A stretch of 64,000 nucleotides of DNA from Parcubacteria group bacterium. Lineage in GTDB: Bacteria; Patescibacteriota; Minisyncoccia; Phycocordibacterales; WO2-35-19. Position 1 is the first letter of the stretch; every line of letters begins with the position of its first letter. A model generated the notes under the pieces. It was given only the letters and a program-made list of their open reading frames with translations. It did not search any database and was not told where the DNA came from. The stretch lies in contig JAAZAU010000012.1 of assembly GCA_012514175.1 (NCBI GenBank), positions 3,479 to 67,478 of the forward strand, in the 5' to 3' direction. Shown here one piece after another: positions 9,780 through 19,182 of the stretch. The position numbers were made by a program, and so were the translations under genes.

Positions 9780-10805
9780 TTACATAATTTTCTGAGGGAA
9801 ATAATCTTTAGGAGCTTTAGTCAAAAATTTCAATATTTCTTCTTGAGTAAGTAGACCTTCCTGAGCGCCAATTTTTTGAACAACTGACATTGAATTAATC
9901 GGGGCCCAAAGGAAAGCATCGTAAAGCGATTTTCCTAGCGCAAGAGCAGATGTAAAAGTCGCTGAAAAAGCATCACCAGCGCCGGTGCGGTCGTATGGGG
10001 GTTTTTCATCAGGATAAGGTCTCATAAAGAAACCTTCATAACCATCATAAGCGTAAGCACCTTTTACTCCATCGGTAATAGCAACAACATTTGGTCCAGC
10101 TCTGTGCATTTCTTTCAAAAGATTTTTTATATCCTGTTCGTTCGGCATATTTAAAATTCTCTTTGCTTCTTCCACGTTACAAAAGAAAACGTCGGCGCGA
10201 GCATAAATTTCTCTAAGACCTTCTACCCCCATTTTTATTTGAAAAGTGCCCGGTTGAAAAGCTAATCTAATATCTGGATGATTTCTTAAATATTCAATTA
10301 TTTCTTTGTGATAATCTAGAGAATTTTCACCAATAGAAGTAAGATAAACCCATTTTGGTTCACCTATATCAGGAAATTTATAGTCGTAGTGTTCGTGTTT
10401 AATCAGAATTGTGCGATCATCTTCAAACCATAAAACATAATGGTAATTAGTTTTTTTGTCTTTGTGAACAGTAATAAAGTCCGTGGCAACCTTGTTCTTT
10501 TGTAAGGTTGCTCTGCATTCATAACCCTGATGATCGTCGCCCATATCAGTAACAAAGGCTGAATTTAAACCAAGTCGTGTCGCACAAACAGCGGCATTAG
10601 CACTATTGCCAACAGCTTGAACCTCCTCAACAAATTCATAAGGCACTTTGTCACCAAAACTAAGAATTAATTCTGATCTCCTGCCGTCGGGGCCATCAGC
10701 GACTCTAGCATCTTTCAATCTAATAAAAGCGTCTGAAACAACATCACCGATAGAGACAAAATCAAATTTTTTTTCCGAGAAAAAACTCATATAGTTATTA
10801 TACAC
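9780..10805 (-). CDS. PfkB-family sugar/nucleoside kinase (ribokinase-like)
   Basis: GNSANAAV... and the C-terminal DRTGAGDAF anion-hole motif. Confidence 0.7.
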   Translation of the reverse strand: MYNNYMSFFSEKKFDFVSIGDVVSDAFIRLKDARVADGPDGRRSELILSFGDKVPYEFVEEVQAVGNSANAAVCATRLGLNSAFVTDMGDDHQGYECRATLQKNKVATDFITVHKDKKTNYHYVLWFEDDRTILIKHEHYDYKFPDIGEPKWVYLTSIGENSLDYHKEIIEYLRNHPDIRLAFQPGTFQIKMGVEGLREIYARADVFFCNVEEAKRILNMPNEQDIKNLLKEMHRAGPNVVAITDGVKGAYAYDGYEGFFMRPYPDEKPPYDRTGAGDAFSATFTSALALGKSLYDAFLWAPINSMSVVQKIGAQEGLLTQEEILKFLTKAPKDYFPQKIM

Positions 10806-10860
10806 TTTAAAAGATTTTTAAAAAATGAAAATATGATAGTATTGTGGATACCGCACAAAT

Positions 10861-11721
10861 ATGAAAACTTTACGTGAATACATTACAGAAGCCGAAGAAA
10901 AAAAAGTAGCCATCGGGCATTTTAATATTTCTGATAGTGTTGGATTTTGGGCTGTGGTAAATGCGGCTAAAAATTTAAATCTACCCGTAATCATCGGTGT
11001 CTCCGAGGGAGAAAGAGATTTTATTGGCGTCAAACAAGTTAAAGCGCTTGTGGAAACTTTAAAAAGTGAGGGTATGCCAATTTTTCTAAATGCTGACCAC
11101 ACTTATTCTTTAGAAAAAGTAAAAGAAGTAGTTGATGCTGGATTTGACGCTTGCACTGTTGATGGCGCTGAGAAACCTTTTGAAGAAAATTTAAAAATAA
11201 CTAAAGAATCAGTTGATTACGCGAAAAATAAAAATCCAGATATTTTGATAGAAGCGGAACTAGGTTTTATTGGCAAATCTTCAAAATTACTTGACGTTTT
11301 ACCCGAAGAAATAGAAGTCTCAGATGATACTTTAACCAAACCCGATGAAGCTAAAGAGTTTGTTGAACAGTCTGGTGTAGATTTGTTTGCTCCAGCGGTC
11401 GGCAATATTCACGGTATGGTAAAAGGAGGTAATCCAAAAATAAATATTGAAAGAGTAAAAGCTATAAGGGAAGCAACGGGAGTTCCTTTAGTTTTACACG
11501 GTGGTTCTGGTATTACCGATGAAGAATTTAGGCAGGCTATTATTGCAGGCATTTCCATTATTCATATCAATACAGAATTACGCTTAGCTCACCGTCAAGG
11601 TTTACAGAAATTTATTTCCGAAAATCCAGACGAAATCGCTCCTTATAAATATATGAAATTAGCTCGCGAACAAATGCGAGCCGTTGTCCAAAAGCGCCTC
11701 GCTCTGTTTAATAATTTATAA
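10861..11721 (+). CDS. fba: Fructose-bisphosphate aldolase, class II
   Basis: GHFNISD, NADHTYS and LVLHGGSG motifs. Confidence 0.8.
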   Translation: MKTLREYITEAEEKKVAIGHFNISDSVGFWAVVNAAKNLNLPVIIGVSEGERDFIGVKQVKALVETLKSEGMPIFLNADHTYSLEKVKEVVDAGFDACTVDGAEKPFEENLKITKESVDYAKNKNPDILIEAELGFIGKSSKLLDVLPEEIEVSDDTLTKPDEAKEFVEQSGVDLFAPAVGNIHGMVKGGNPKINIERVKAIREATGVPLVLHGGSGITDEEFRQAIIAGISIIHINTELRLAHRQGLQKFISENPDEIAPYKYMKLAREQMRAVVQKRLALFNNL

Positions 11722-11790
11722 ATTTCAAAGCCTTATTTAAAGAATTTAAACTGGACGAAATAAGGTTTATTTGCTATTATACCTCGCATT

Positions 11791-12438
11791 ATGACAATCA
11801 ACATAAAAGCCGAAAAAAGAACTAAAATAAAAAAATTGGATTCTTTAAGAAAAGAAGGTCTTATGCCAGCAATTTTTTATGGCCATAAAAAAGAAGCCAC
11901 CCCAATTCAAATTAAAAAAGCTGATTTTATTAAAGCTTGGAGAAATGCTGGGGAATCAACTGTTATCAAACTAACCACCCCAGAAGAAGAAATAGAAGCT
12001 CTTATTCGTGATGTTGACTTAGATCCACTAACTAACGAACCTAGACACGCAGACTTCTACGTGTTTCAAAAAGGTCATAAGGTTGAAATTGACGTGCCAC
12101 TTGAATTTATAGGAGTTTCTCCGGCAGTTAAGGATCTTGGTGGTTCCTTAATTAAAATTTTACACGAAGTGAAAATTAAAGCTGAACCTTCTAATTTACC
12201 TCATCAAATTGAAGTTGATATTTCTTCAATTACCGAACTTGAAGGACAGATTTTAGCCAAAGACATTGTGTTGCCAAAAGGAGTAGAGCTCATAGAAAAT
12301 GAAGAAGTAGTAGTGGCAACTGTAGCTACTCCAAGAGCTGAAAAAGTTGAAGAAGAAGCACCAGCTGATCTGTCTTCTATTGAAGTTGAGAAGAAAGGCA
12401 AAACTGAAGAAGTTGCCGAAAGTGAACCTCAAGAATAG
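11791..12438 (+). CDS. rplY: 50S ribosomal protein L25/Ctc
   Basis: N-terminal L25 signature (KAEKRTK...GLMPAIFYG) plus an acidic C-terminal tail. Confidence 0.75.
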   Translation: MTINIKAEKRTKIKKLDSLRKEGLMPAIFYGHKKEATPIQIKKADFIKAWRNAGESTVIKLTTPEEEIEALIRDVDLDPLTNEPRHADFYVFQKGHKVEIDVPLEFIGVSPAVKDLGGSLIKILHEVKIKAEPSNLPHQIEVDISSITELEGQILAKDIVLPKGVELIENEEVVVATVATPRAEKVEEEAPADLSSIEVEKKGKTEEVAESEPQE

Positions 12439-12471
12439 AGGTGTAAAAGAATTATGATATAATTAAGCTGT

Positions 12472-13878
12472 ATGAAAAAATACAGCTTAATTTTTATTTT
12501 GGCTTTGATTTTTGTCATTCCAATTAGTTCCACTCACGCCACCGTTGATTGTCTAAAAATTACTTCAAATTCTCCAGAATCCGATAAAAATTATTGTAAA
12601 AATGAATTGACCCAAATAGAAGCTGAGCTCAGTGAGCTCGTAGCTAAACAAAAAGAACAACAAAAACAAACAGGAACTTTAAAAGGCGACATTAATTATT
12701 TAAATTCCCAAATAACAGCTTTACAAGCTAAGATAAAAGCTAGATCTTTAGCAATTGCCCAATTAAAAGTTTCTATAAATGAAAAAGTTAACAAAATAGA
12801 ATCGCTAGAAGAAAAAATCGCTCGCGAACACGAATCCCTAGCAGAAATGTTGCGCAAAACAAATGAAATAGATAATGAAAGTTTAGCTTACGTTATCCTT
12901 TCTAAAGGAACTCTTTCTGATTTTTATACCAATTTGGATTATTATTTTTCTATAAAAGACGCTATTAAAAAATCTGTTGACTTGGTAAGAGGTGTTAAAA
13001 ACGAAACAGAAATTGAAAAGAAAACTCTTGAACAAAAACAAGACGCTGAAACAGACGCTAAAATTGATTTGGAAGCTAGCAAAAAGAAAGTTTCCCAAAG
13101 CGAAGCTGAAAAAAAACAACTTTTATCAATTAGTCAACAAAAAGAAAGTGAGTACCAAAAATTGGCAGCGGAAAAAAGAGCTAGAGCAGAAAAAATCAAA
13201 AGCGCATTATTTAATCTAGCCGGAACTTCTCAAAAAATAGAATTCGGCACAGCTCTACAATATGCCAAAGAAGCTCAAAGTAAGACTGGAATTGATCCTG
13301 CTTTTCTTTTAGCTGTGATCACTCAAGAAAGTAACTTGGGCGCCAATGTTGGACAATGTTATTTAACCAACCAAGAGACTGGTGCCGGAGTTGGTAAAAA
13401 TACCGGCACACCTTTCCTCAATGTTATGAAGCCCATGAATAAACCTGGCAGAAAAGGTGACGTGGAAGATTTTCTTGATATAACTTCAAAACTTGGTTTG
13501 ATTTGGGATCGAACTCCAGTTTCTTGTCCAATTGCTAGCGAAGGTGGCTACGGTGGAGCTATGGGGCCAGCTCAATTTATCCCGACCACATGGAAACTTT
13601 TTGAAACTAGATTAAAAAACGTTTTAGGATATGATCCTAACCCTTGGCTTCCAAGAGACGCTTTTATGGCTTCAGCTATGTATCTCACAGATTTGGGCGC
13701 CGTGGGTTCAAGTTATTCAGCACAAATCAAAGCTGCCTGTAAATATTATGGAACAGGAGGAACTACCTGTGCTTATGGTAAAAGCGTTATGTCCATCAAG
13801 GCTGGCATCCAAACCAATATTGATTACCTAAATCAATATGGTTCCGTAATTACCACCCCAACCACAGCAATGCGATAA
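12472..13878 (+). CDS. Secreted coiled-coil protein with C-terminal lytic transglycosylase (SLT/lysozyme-like) domain
   Basis: Signal peptide, a long heptad-rich Q/K/E segment, then AFLLAVITQESNLG (catalytic Glu context) and GPAQFIPTTW. Confidence 0.55.
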   Translation: MKKYSLIFILALIFVIPISSTHATVDCLKITSNSPESDKNYCKNELTQIEAELSELVAKQKEQQKQTGTLKGDINYLNSQITALQAKIKARSLAIAQLKVSINEKVNKIESLEEKIAREHESLAEMLRKTNEIDNESLAYVILSKGTLSDFYTNLDYYFSIKDAIKKSVDLVRGVKNETEIEKKTLEQKQDAETDAKIDLEASKKKVSQSEAEKKQLLSISQQKESEYQKLAAEKRARAEKIKSALFNLAGTSQKIEFGTALQYAKEAQSKTGIDPAFLLAVITQESNLGANVGQCYLTNQETGAGVGKNTGTPFLNVMKPMNKPGRKGDVEDFLDITSKLGLIWDRTPVSCPIASEGGYGGAMGPAQFIPTTWKLFETRLKNVLGYDPNPWLPRDAFMASAMYLTDLGAVGSSYSAQIKAACKYYGTGGTTCAYGKSVMSIKAGIQTNIDYLNQYGSVITTPTTAMR

Positions 13879-13924
13879 AAAAATAGCACTTGCTTAAAAT
13901 CTATATTGTGTTACACTTTCGCGT

Positions 13925-14155
13925 ATGAAAACTGAAATTCACCCAAAATACTATACAGATGCTAGTGTCAGCTGCTCTTGCGGTAATACTTTTTCTGTGG
14001 GCTCAACTCAAAAAGATATCAAAATTGAAATTTGCAGTAGTTGCCACCCATTTTTCACAGGTAATGAAAAGGTTATTGATGCTGCTGGAAGAGTTGAAAA
14101 ATTTAAAGCCAGAAGAGCTGCCGCTAAAACTAAAGCCACTAAATCAAAGAAATAA
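13925..14155 (+). CDS. rpmE: 50S ribosomal protein L31
   Basis: [10 protein letters not shown]...CSCGNTF...[10 protein letters not shown]. Confidence 0.85.
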   Translation: MKTEIHPKYYTDASVSCSCGNTFSVGSTQKDIKIEICSSCHPFFTGNEKVIDAAGRVEKFKARRAAAKTKATKSKK

Positions 14156-14257
14156 ATTTTTGTCCCTCTTTTTGTAGGAGAGGGATTAGGGGTAAGTTAT
14201 TTTTAAAAATAACCCTTTAACCCTCTTTACACCAAAGTGAGACAGGAACAAAATCAA

Positions 14258-15211
14258 ATGTTTGATCTCTCAAAATACAAACAAAACGATAAGACTAAAT
14301 ATTTGGCTGAAAATTTAGAAAGACTCCTAAAAGAAGAGAGTGAGGTTTTAGTTTTGGCAAAAAATCCAGATATGAAAGAAATGGCCGAAACGGATTTACA
14401 AAACATAGCAAGTCAAAAACAAATTCTGTTAGAACAAATGGATAAAATAATAGAAGAAGATGAGCGCAAACAAAAAGAGGAGGAGGAATTTCCAAACGAA
14501 ATAGTCTTAGAAGTGCGAGCTGGAGTGGGTGGGGAAGAAGCGGCTCTTTTTGCTCAAGAATTAGCCGATATGTATCGTAAATACGCGGATACCAAAGGTT
14601 GGACAGTTTCTGTGCTTGATGAGTCAGAATCGCCCTTAGGGGGCTATAAAGAGGCTTCTTTTGAAATACGTGGTAAAGATGTATATAAGGAAATGTGTTA
14701 TGAGACCGGTATTCATAGAGTTCAAAGAATCCCAGCTACTGAAAAAACAGGCCGAGTGCATACCTCTACTGCTTCTGTAGCTATTCTGCCGATCAGAAAA
14801 AATATTAAAGTAACAATAAACCCAGCTGATTTAGAAATAGCATTTTCCAGATCTGGCGGTAAAGGCGGTCAAAATGTAAACAAGGTAGAAACTGCTGTGC
14901 GTCTTACTCATAAACCCACCGGCATTGTAATAAGTTGTCGTGCGGAAAGAAGTCAGCAGGCAAATCGTGAAAAAGCTATGGCTATTCTAGAAGCCAGACT
15001 TGACGAGATGGCAAGAACAGAAGATGCTAAAAAATATGCTGCCGATCGCAAAGAGCAAGTCGGCACCGCAGACAGAAGCGAAAAAATCCGAACTTACAAT
15101 TTTCCTCAAGACCGAATAACAGATCATAGATTAAACAAAAGCTGGCACGGTATAGAAATTATTATGAAAGGTCAACTTGCTCCGATTATTGACGCTTTTA
15201 AACAAATTTGA
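14258..15211 (+). CDS. prfA: Peptide chain release factor 1
   Basis: GGQ motif ([17 protein letters not shown]) and a PAT tripeptide (RF1-type). The ORF track starts at a GTG at 14237; the first ATG, with an upstream aggaa, is at 14258. Confidence 0.8.
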   Translation: MFDLSKYKQNDKTKYLAENLERLLKEESEVLVLAKNPDMKEMAETDLQNIASQKQILLEQMDKIIEEDERKQKEEEEFPNEIVLEVRAGVGGEEAALFAQELADMYRKYADTKGWTVSVLDESESPLGGYKEASFEIRGKDVYKEMCYETGIHRVQRIPATEKTGRVHTSTASVAILPIRKNIKVTINPADLEIAFSRSGGKGGQNVNKVETAVRLTHKPTGIVISCRAERSQQANREKAMAILEARLDEMARTEDAKKYAADRKEQVGTADRSEKIRTYNFPQDRITDHRLNKSWHGIEIIMKGQLAPIIDAFKQI

Positions 15212-15227
15212 TAGGATTTCTCATTAT

Positions 15228-15920
15228 ATGACAGAAACAACAAAAACCGATCCGAAAATTGAAGAGCTCTTCAAAGTTGGAGCTCATTTTGGGTTTAATA
15301 AGAGTAGGAGACATCCAAGTATAGCTCCTTACATATTCGGTTCAAAAAACAGAGTTGATATATTTGACTTAGAAAAAACTAACGAAGCCCTCCAAAAGGC
15401 CTTAGAATTTGTATCCAAATTGGTAGAAACTAAAGGGGTTATTCTTTTCGTTGGAGGTAAAAATGAGGCTCAAAGTATTATAAAAGAACAAGCTGAAATT
15501 GTTGGTATGCCTTATTCAGCCAGTCGTTGGATTGGAGGCACTCTCACCAATTTCCCAGAAATAAGAAAGAGGGTAGATATGATGCTTGATTTAACCTCTC
15601 AAAAAGAAAAAGGCGAGCTTGTTAAATACACAAAAAAAGAAAGAGTTTTGATAGATAAAAAGATTGAAAAACTCCAAAAGATGTTTGGTGGTATAAAAGA
15701 TATGACCGCTTTACCAAAAGCTTTGTTTATAATTGATCCAAGATATGAAGAAATTGCTTTAAAAGAAGCTCTCACTCTAAAAATACCAGTTATCGCTTTG
15801 TGTGGTTCTGATACTAATATTGAAGATATTGATTACCCAATTCCAGCAAATGATTCAAATGTTGCAAGTATTGGATTTTTCGTAGAAAAAATTACAGAAG
15901 CTTGCAAAAAATTGTCCTAA
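15228..15920 (+). CDS. rpsB: 30S ribosomal protein S2
   Basis: VGAHFGF..RHPSIAPYIFGSKNRVDIFDL. The start is taken at the ATG at 15228 rather than the upstream TTG. Confidence 0.8.
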   Translation: MTETTKTDPKIEELFKVGAHFGFNKSRRHPSIAPYIFGSKNRVDIFDLEKTNEALQKALEFVSKLVETKGVILFVGGKNEAQSIIKEQAEIVGMPYSASRWIGGTLTNFPEIRKRVDMMLDLTSQKEKGELVKYTKKERVLIDKKIEKLQKMFGGIKDMTALPKALFIIDPRYEEIALKEALTLKIPVIALCGSDTNIEDIDYPIPANDSNVASIGFFVEKITEACKKLS

Positions 15921-16029
15921 TTTGAATGAGTCCGAATGGGGATTGTGAGTTGAAAAATTAGGTTTTTTTGTAATAATAATAGTTAGAGCACTAAAAGACG
16001 ATTAAAAATTTAAGTTTAAGAATCTAAAT

Positions 16030-16617
16030 ATGGCAATAACCACAGAATTAATCAAAGAACTCAGAGACGCTACCGGCGTTTCAGTTATGCAGTGTAAAAA
16101 AGCTTTAGAAGAGGCTGGGGGTGATATAGAAAAAGCTAAAATAATTCTCCGTAAAATAAGCAAACAGTCCGCCGACAAAAAAGCCAGCAGAACATTAGGG
16201 GCTGGAGTTGTGGCTACTTATGTTCACAATACTGGTTCGGTCGGAACTATGGTAGAACTTCTTTGTGAGACTGATTTTGTAGCCCGCAATGAAGATTTTA
16301 AAGCTTTAGCTAAAGATATTGCTATGCATATCACTGCTCTCGCTCCAGAATACTTAAAAATGGAAGATATTAAAGAAGAAGATAAGACTAAAGCTAAAGA
16401 ACTATTTGAGGAAGGTGTTGATAAGAACAAACCTCAAGAAATGCGTGATAAAATAATAGAGGGCAAACTTAATGCTTATTTTAGTGAAAAAGTATTGCTT
16501 GAACAGGCATTTATTAAAAATCCAGAATTAAAAATTAGCACTTTAGTAGAACAGGCCAATCAAAAGTTCGGCGAAAGAACAGAGATTGGAAGATTTGTAA
16601 GGTTTTCAATTAACTAA
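16030..16617 (+). CDS. tsf: Elongation factor Ts
   Basis: MAITTELIKELRDATGVSVMQCKKALEEAGGDIEKA. Confidence 0.8.
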   Translation: MAITTELIKELRDATGVSVMQCKKALEEAGGDIEKAKIILRKISKQSADKKASRTLGAGVVATYVHNTGSVGTMVELLCETDFVARNEDFKALAKDIAMHITALAPEYLKMEDIKEEDKTKAKELFEEGVDKNKPQEMRDKIIEGKLNAYFSEKVLLEQAFIKNPELKISTLVEQANQKFGERTEIGRFVRFSIN

Positions 16618-16632
16618 AATTAATCAAAAAAT

Positions 16633-17016
16633 ATGACAACAATAGTTGTGTTCGCTTCGTCGTTTGTCGCAATGTCAGCTTTAGTTGGTTTTAAAGCACT
16701 TGAACTCAAAGATGGTAAAAAAAATATCACTCTAAAATGTGTTGGGTTGTTTGATAGAAAAGCTGAAAAATTAATATCAAACATTAAGTTCAGATTTGTG
16801 CAAATTATACAAACAGCTCGTTTTTTAGTTTTAGTTCAAGTAAAAGTAATTTTCAAAAAATTACTTAAAAAAATAGAGGCTGACATAAAGTCAAAACAAA
16901 CTGTCTTAATGGGTCAAAAAAACATTATCAACAAAGGTTCTGTTTCTTTTTACCTTAAGAAAATTGCTGAAGATAAAATAAATAATGGGGGAGGAAAGAT
17001 AGAAGAAAGTTTTTAA
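16633..17016 (+). CDS. Hypothetical small membrane-anchored lysine-rich protein
   Basis: ORF with an N-terminal hydrophobic segment; no recognisable domain. Confidence 0.3.
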   Translation: MTTIVVFASSFVAMSALVGFKALELKDGKKNITLKCVGLFDRKAEKLISNIKFRFVQIIQTARFLVLVQVKVIFKKLLKKIEADIKSKQTVLMGQKNIINKGSVSFYLKKIAEDKINNGGGKIEESF

Positions 17017-17104
17017 AGTTATTGATTGCGAACAAAATCTAAGCTTGAAAAAATGCTAAATTTTGTTAGTCTGTGATAGACTGATGTTAGTCTTGGTTCA
17101 GTTT

Positions 17105-17177
17105 GCCGACATAGCTCAGTTGGTAGAGCGCCACTTTTGTAAAGTGGATGTCCGGGGTTCGAGCCCTCGTGTCGGCT
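17105..17177 (+). tRNA. tRNA-Thr (anticodon TGT)
   Basis: Cloverleaf by hand-folding: acceptor gccgaca/tgtcggc, anticodon loop tttgtaa, T-loop ttcgagc. Confidence 0.8.
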
Positions 17178-17198
17178 CAGATATAATCAGAAATAATT

Positions 17199-17894
17199 TT
17201 ATCTTTCAGTAGTAGAAGCTTTATCAGAAGCTTTTTTGATGTTCTTTTGTTTGTCAATCTCTTTGAGAGCTGGAATAACGTCTTTAATCTCGTCAATTGA
17301 TTTAAAGCCATAATAAACCTTATCATCTATAAGAAGAGCTGGCTGTTTGTCTTCTATTTTGTAAATTGAAATAAGAGTTTGTAGAGCAGAAAGTTGAAGA
17401 TTGTAATCAAATGAATAAACTCTGAGTTCTGGATAATCTTGTCTCAATCTTGTTAAGACATAACCTTCTTTTTCACAGTCTTTGCAATCATTTTCTATAT
17501 TAGAATAAAAATACATTATAAAAAGATGTTTACCGCCACATCTTTCATTTATTTTCTGCATCAAAATAAAATCTTTAATTTGCAGTAGGGAATAATATTT
17601 TTTAAGATTGATAACTTCTGCGTTATCCGAACCTCTACTCTCTTCAGTATAAGAAAGCTTGTCACCTAAAGTTGCCAATTCTTTAGACAAAAATTCACTA
17701 CTAATATCTTTACAAGAAAGCTCAGAAAGCAAAGAGAACTGAGTTTCAGAAGCAGAAATATCTATAGAAATCTGACTTTCTATATTTTTTATTTCGTTTA
17801 TCTTTTTTTGATTAAAATAATTACTAGCAAAAATAGCGGTTATAAAAATGATAACCGTAATAAAAAAAGTGTAAGTGTATTTTTTCCAGTCCAT
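17199..17894 (-). CDS. Membrane-anchored thioredoxin-fold protein with CxxC motif
   Basis: N-terminal TM helix, FIMYFYSNIENDCKDCEKEG (CxxC) and a downstream PALLIDDKVYYG (cis-Pro-like region). Confidence 0.4.
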   Translation of the reverse strand: MDWKKYTYTFFITVIIFITAIFASNYFNQKKINEIKNIESQISIDISASETQFSLLSELSCKDISSEFLSKELATLGDKLSYTEESRGSDNAEVINLKKYYSLLQIKDFILMQKINERCGGKHLFIMYFYSNIENDCKDCEKEGYVLTRLRQDYPELRVYSFDYNLQLSALQTLISIYKIEDKQPALLIDDKVYYGFKSIDEIKDVIPALKEIDKQKNIKKASDKASTTER

Positions 17895-17906
17895 ATCTTA
17901 GTCTTA

Positions 17907-19163
17907 TTAGCGCCATTTAGTGCCTTTTCTAACAAAAACAAAATTATAAACCGCCCAAAGCATCCAAATAGGTGAGATAAAAGTGTAGAACATTAAATAA
18001 AGCGCGCTATCTAAGCCAAATTTGCTATCTTCAGAGGCCAATTTCCTAGAGATAGCAATAAGAACAAACATACCGCTGATAGCAATAATCGCAACAAAAA
18101 CTAAAATGTTTGTATTTATATAAAAGAGATCAAAATTAAAACCTTTGGAATAAAAACCTACAGTATATATTTCTTTTATTTTTGAAATTAAAACACTTAA
18201 AAAGCTCCAGATTCTGGTAAAGAAGAAAAACACACAAGAAATGATAGAAAAACCTGCGGCTGGCAAAACAATCAACCCCAGATTGCCATATTTGGGATTG
18301 AAAAACATATCTCTATAATCAACAGCGTTTTTCAAAAAACCATAAACCCAACGTAAACGTTGTTTTAATAAAGGTTTAATCTTGGTAGGAACTACAGTGT
18401 AGATGTAAGCATCGTGAGCATTGCTGATTTTCATATGATTTTTTTGCATACGCAATGCAATTTCATTGTCTTCAGTATTATAAGCGTGCCTATAACCACC
18501 TATTTCTCTAAATACCGAACGACGAAAAATAGAAAAAGGTCCTGGGGTAATATAGATAGCATTTAAACATTGATTGGCTCTTCTGATAAAAATACCAAAG
18601 AAATATTCTGCTTTTTGAATAAGACCCAAAAAGCCCTTCGGTTCAAATACTACAGTGGAAGGAGTAACAGCCATAACCTCCTCGTCTTCAAATTTAGCAA
18701 CAATTCTTCTTAAGGCTTCCGGATGAACAAACGAGTCTGCATCCAAACAACCAACCAAATCTGTATCAATAAATTCTAAAGCATAATTTAAAGCTGTGTA
18801 TTTGCCACCGTTTTCTTTTTGAAGCAATTTAACTTGCTTGTGTTTAGCAAACCTTTGAACCACCTGCCAAGTATCGTCAGTGCTTCCATCATCTACTACG
18901 TATATAAACAATTTATTTTTAGGGTAATTTAATCTTAAGATAGAAAAAATTGTCTTTAAAATAGTTTTGCCTTCATTCCATGCTGGCACAATTACAGCAA
19001 CAGAAGGGAGTTTTTTATCAGAAATTTTGGTTTTCTTGAAATTAGATTTTTTAGAATTTTTTTCTTTTTCAGTAATTTCAAAATAAGATATAAGAAAAAA
19101 AACCTCAATATAGAGAGCGACAAAAAGAAATATGTAGGTTAAAACTTCAGAGATTATGTGCAT
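17907..19163 (-). CDS. Processive family-2 glycosyltransferase (membrane; PgaC/cellulose-synthase-like)
   Basis: VIVPAWNEG, YVVDDGSTDDT, LDADSF and QRLRWVYG (QxxRW) motifs plus C-terminal TM helices. Confidence 0.75.
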   Translation of the reverse strand: MHIISEVLTYIFLFVALYIEVFFLISYFEITEKEKNSKKSNFKKTKISDKKLPSVAVIVPAWNEGKTILKTIFSILRLNYPKNKLFIYVVDDGSTDDTWQVVQRFAKHKQVKLLQKENGGKYTALNYALEFIDTDLVGCLDADSFVHPEALRRIVAKFEDEEVMAVTPSTVVFEPKGFLGLIQKAEYFFGIFIRRANQCLNAIYITPGPFSIFRRSVFREIGGYRHAYNTEDNEIALRMQKNHMKISNAHDAYIYTVVPTKIKPLLKQRLRWVYGFLKNAVDYRDMFFNPKYGNLGLIVLPAAGFSIISCVFFFFTRIWSFLSVLISKIKEIYTVGFYSKGFNFDLFYINTNILVFVAIIAISGMFVLIAISRKLASEDSKFGLDSALYLMFYTFISPIWMLWAVYNFVFVRKGTKWR

Positions 19164-19182
19164 AAGAGCTATAATACAATAA

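Noticed and set aside
12883-13219. K-rich 75-78 aa ORFs on both strands inside the coiled-coil gene
   Set aside because: They are a product of the AAG/AAA-rich repetitive coding sequence of the coiled-coil protein.
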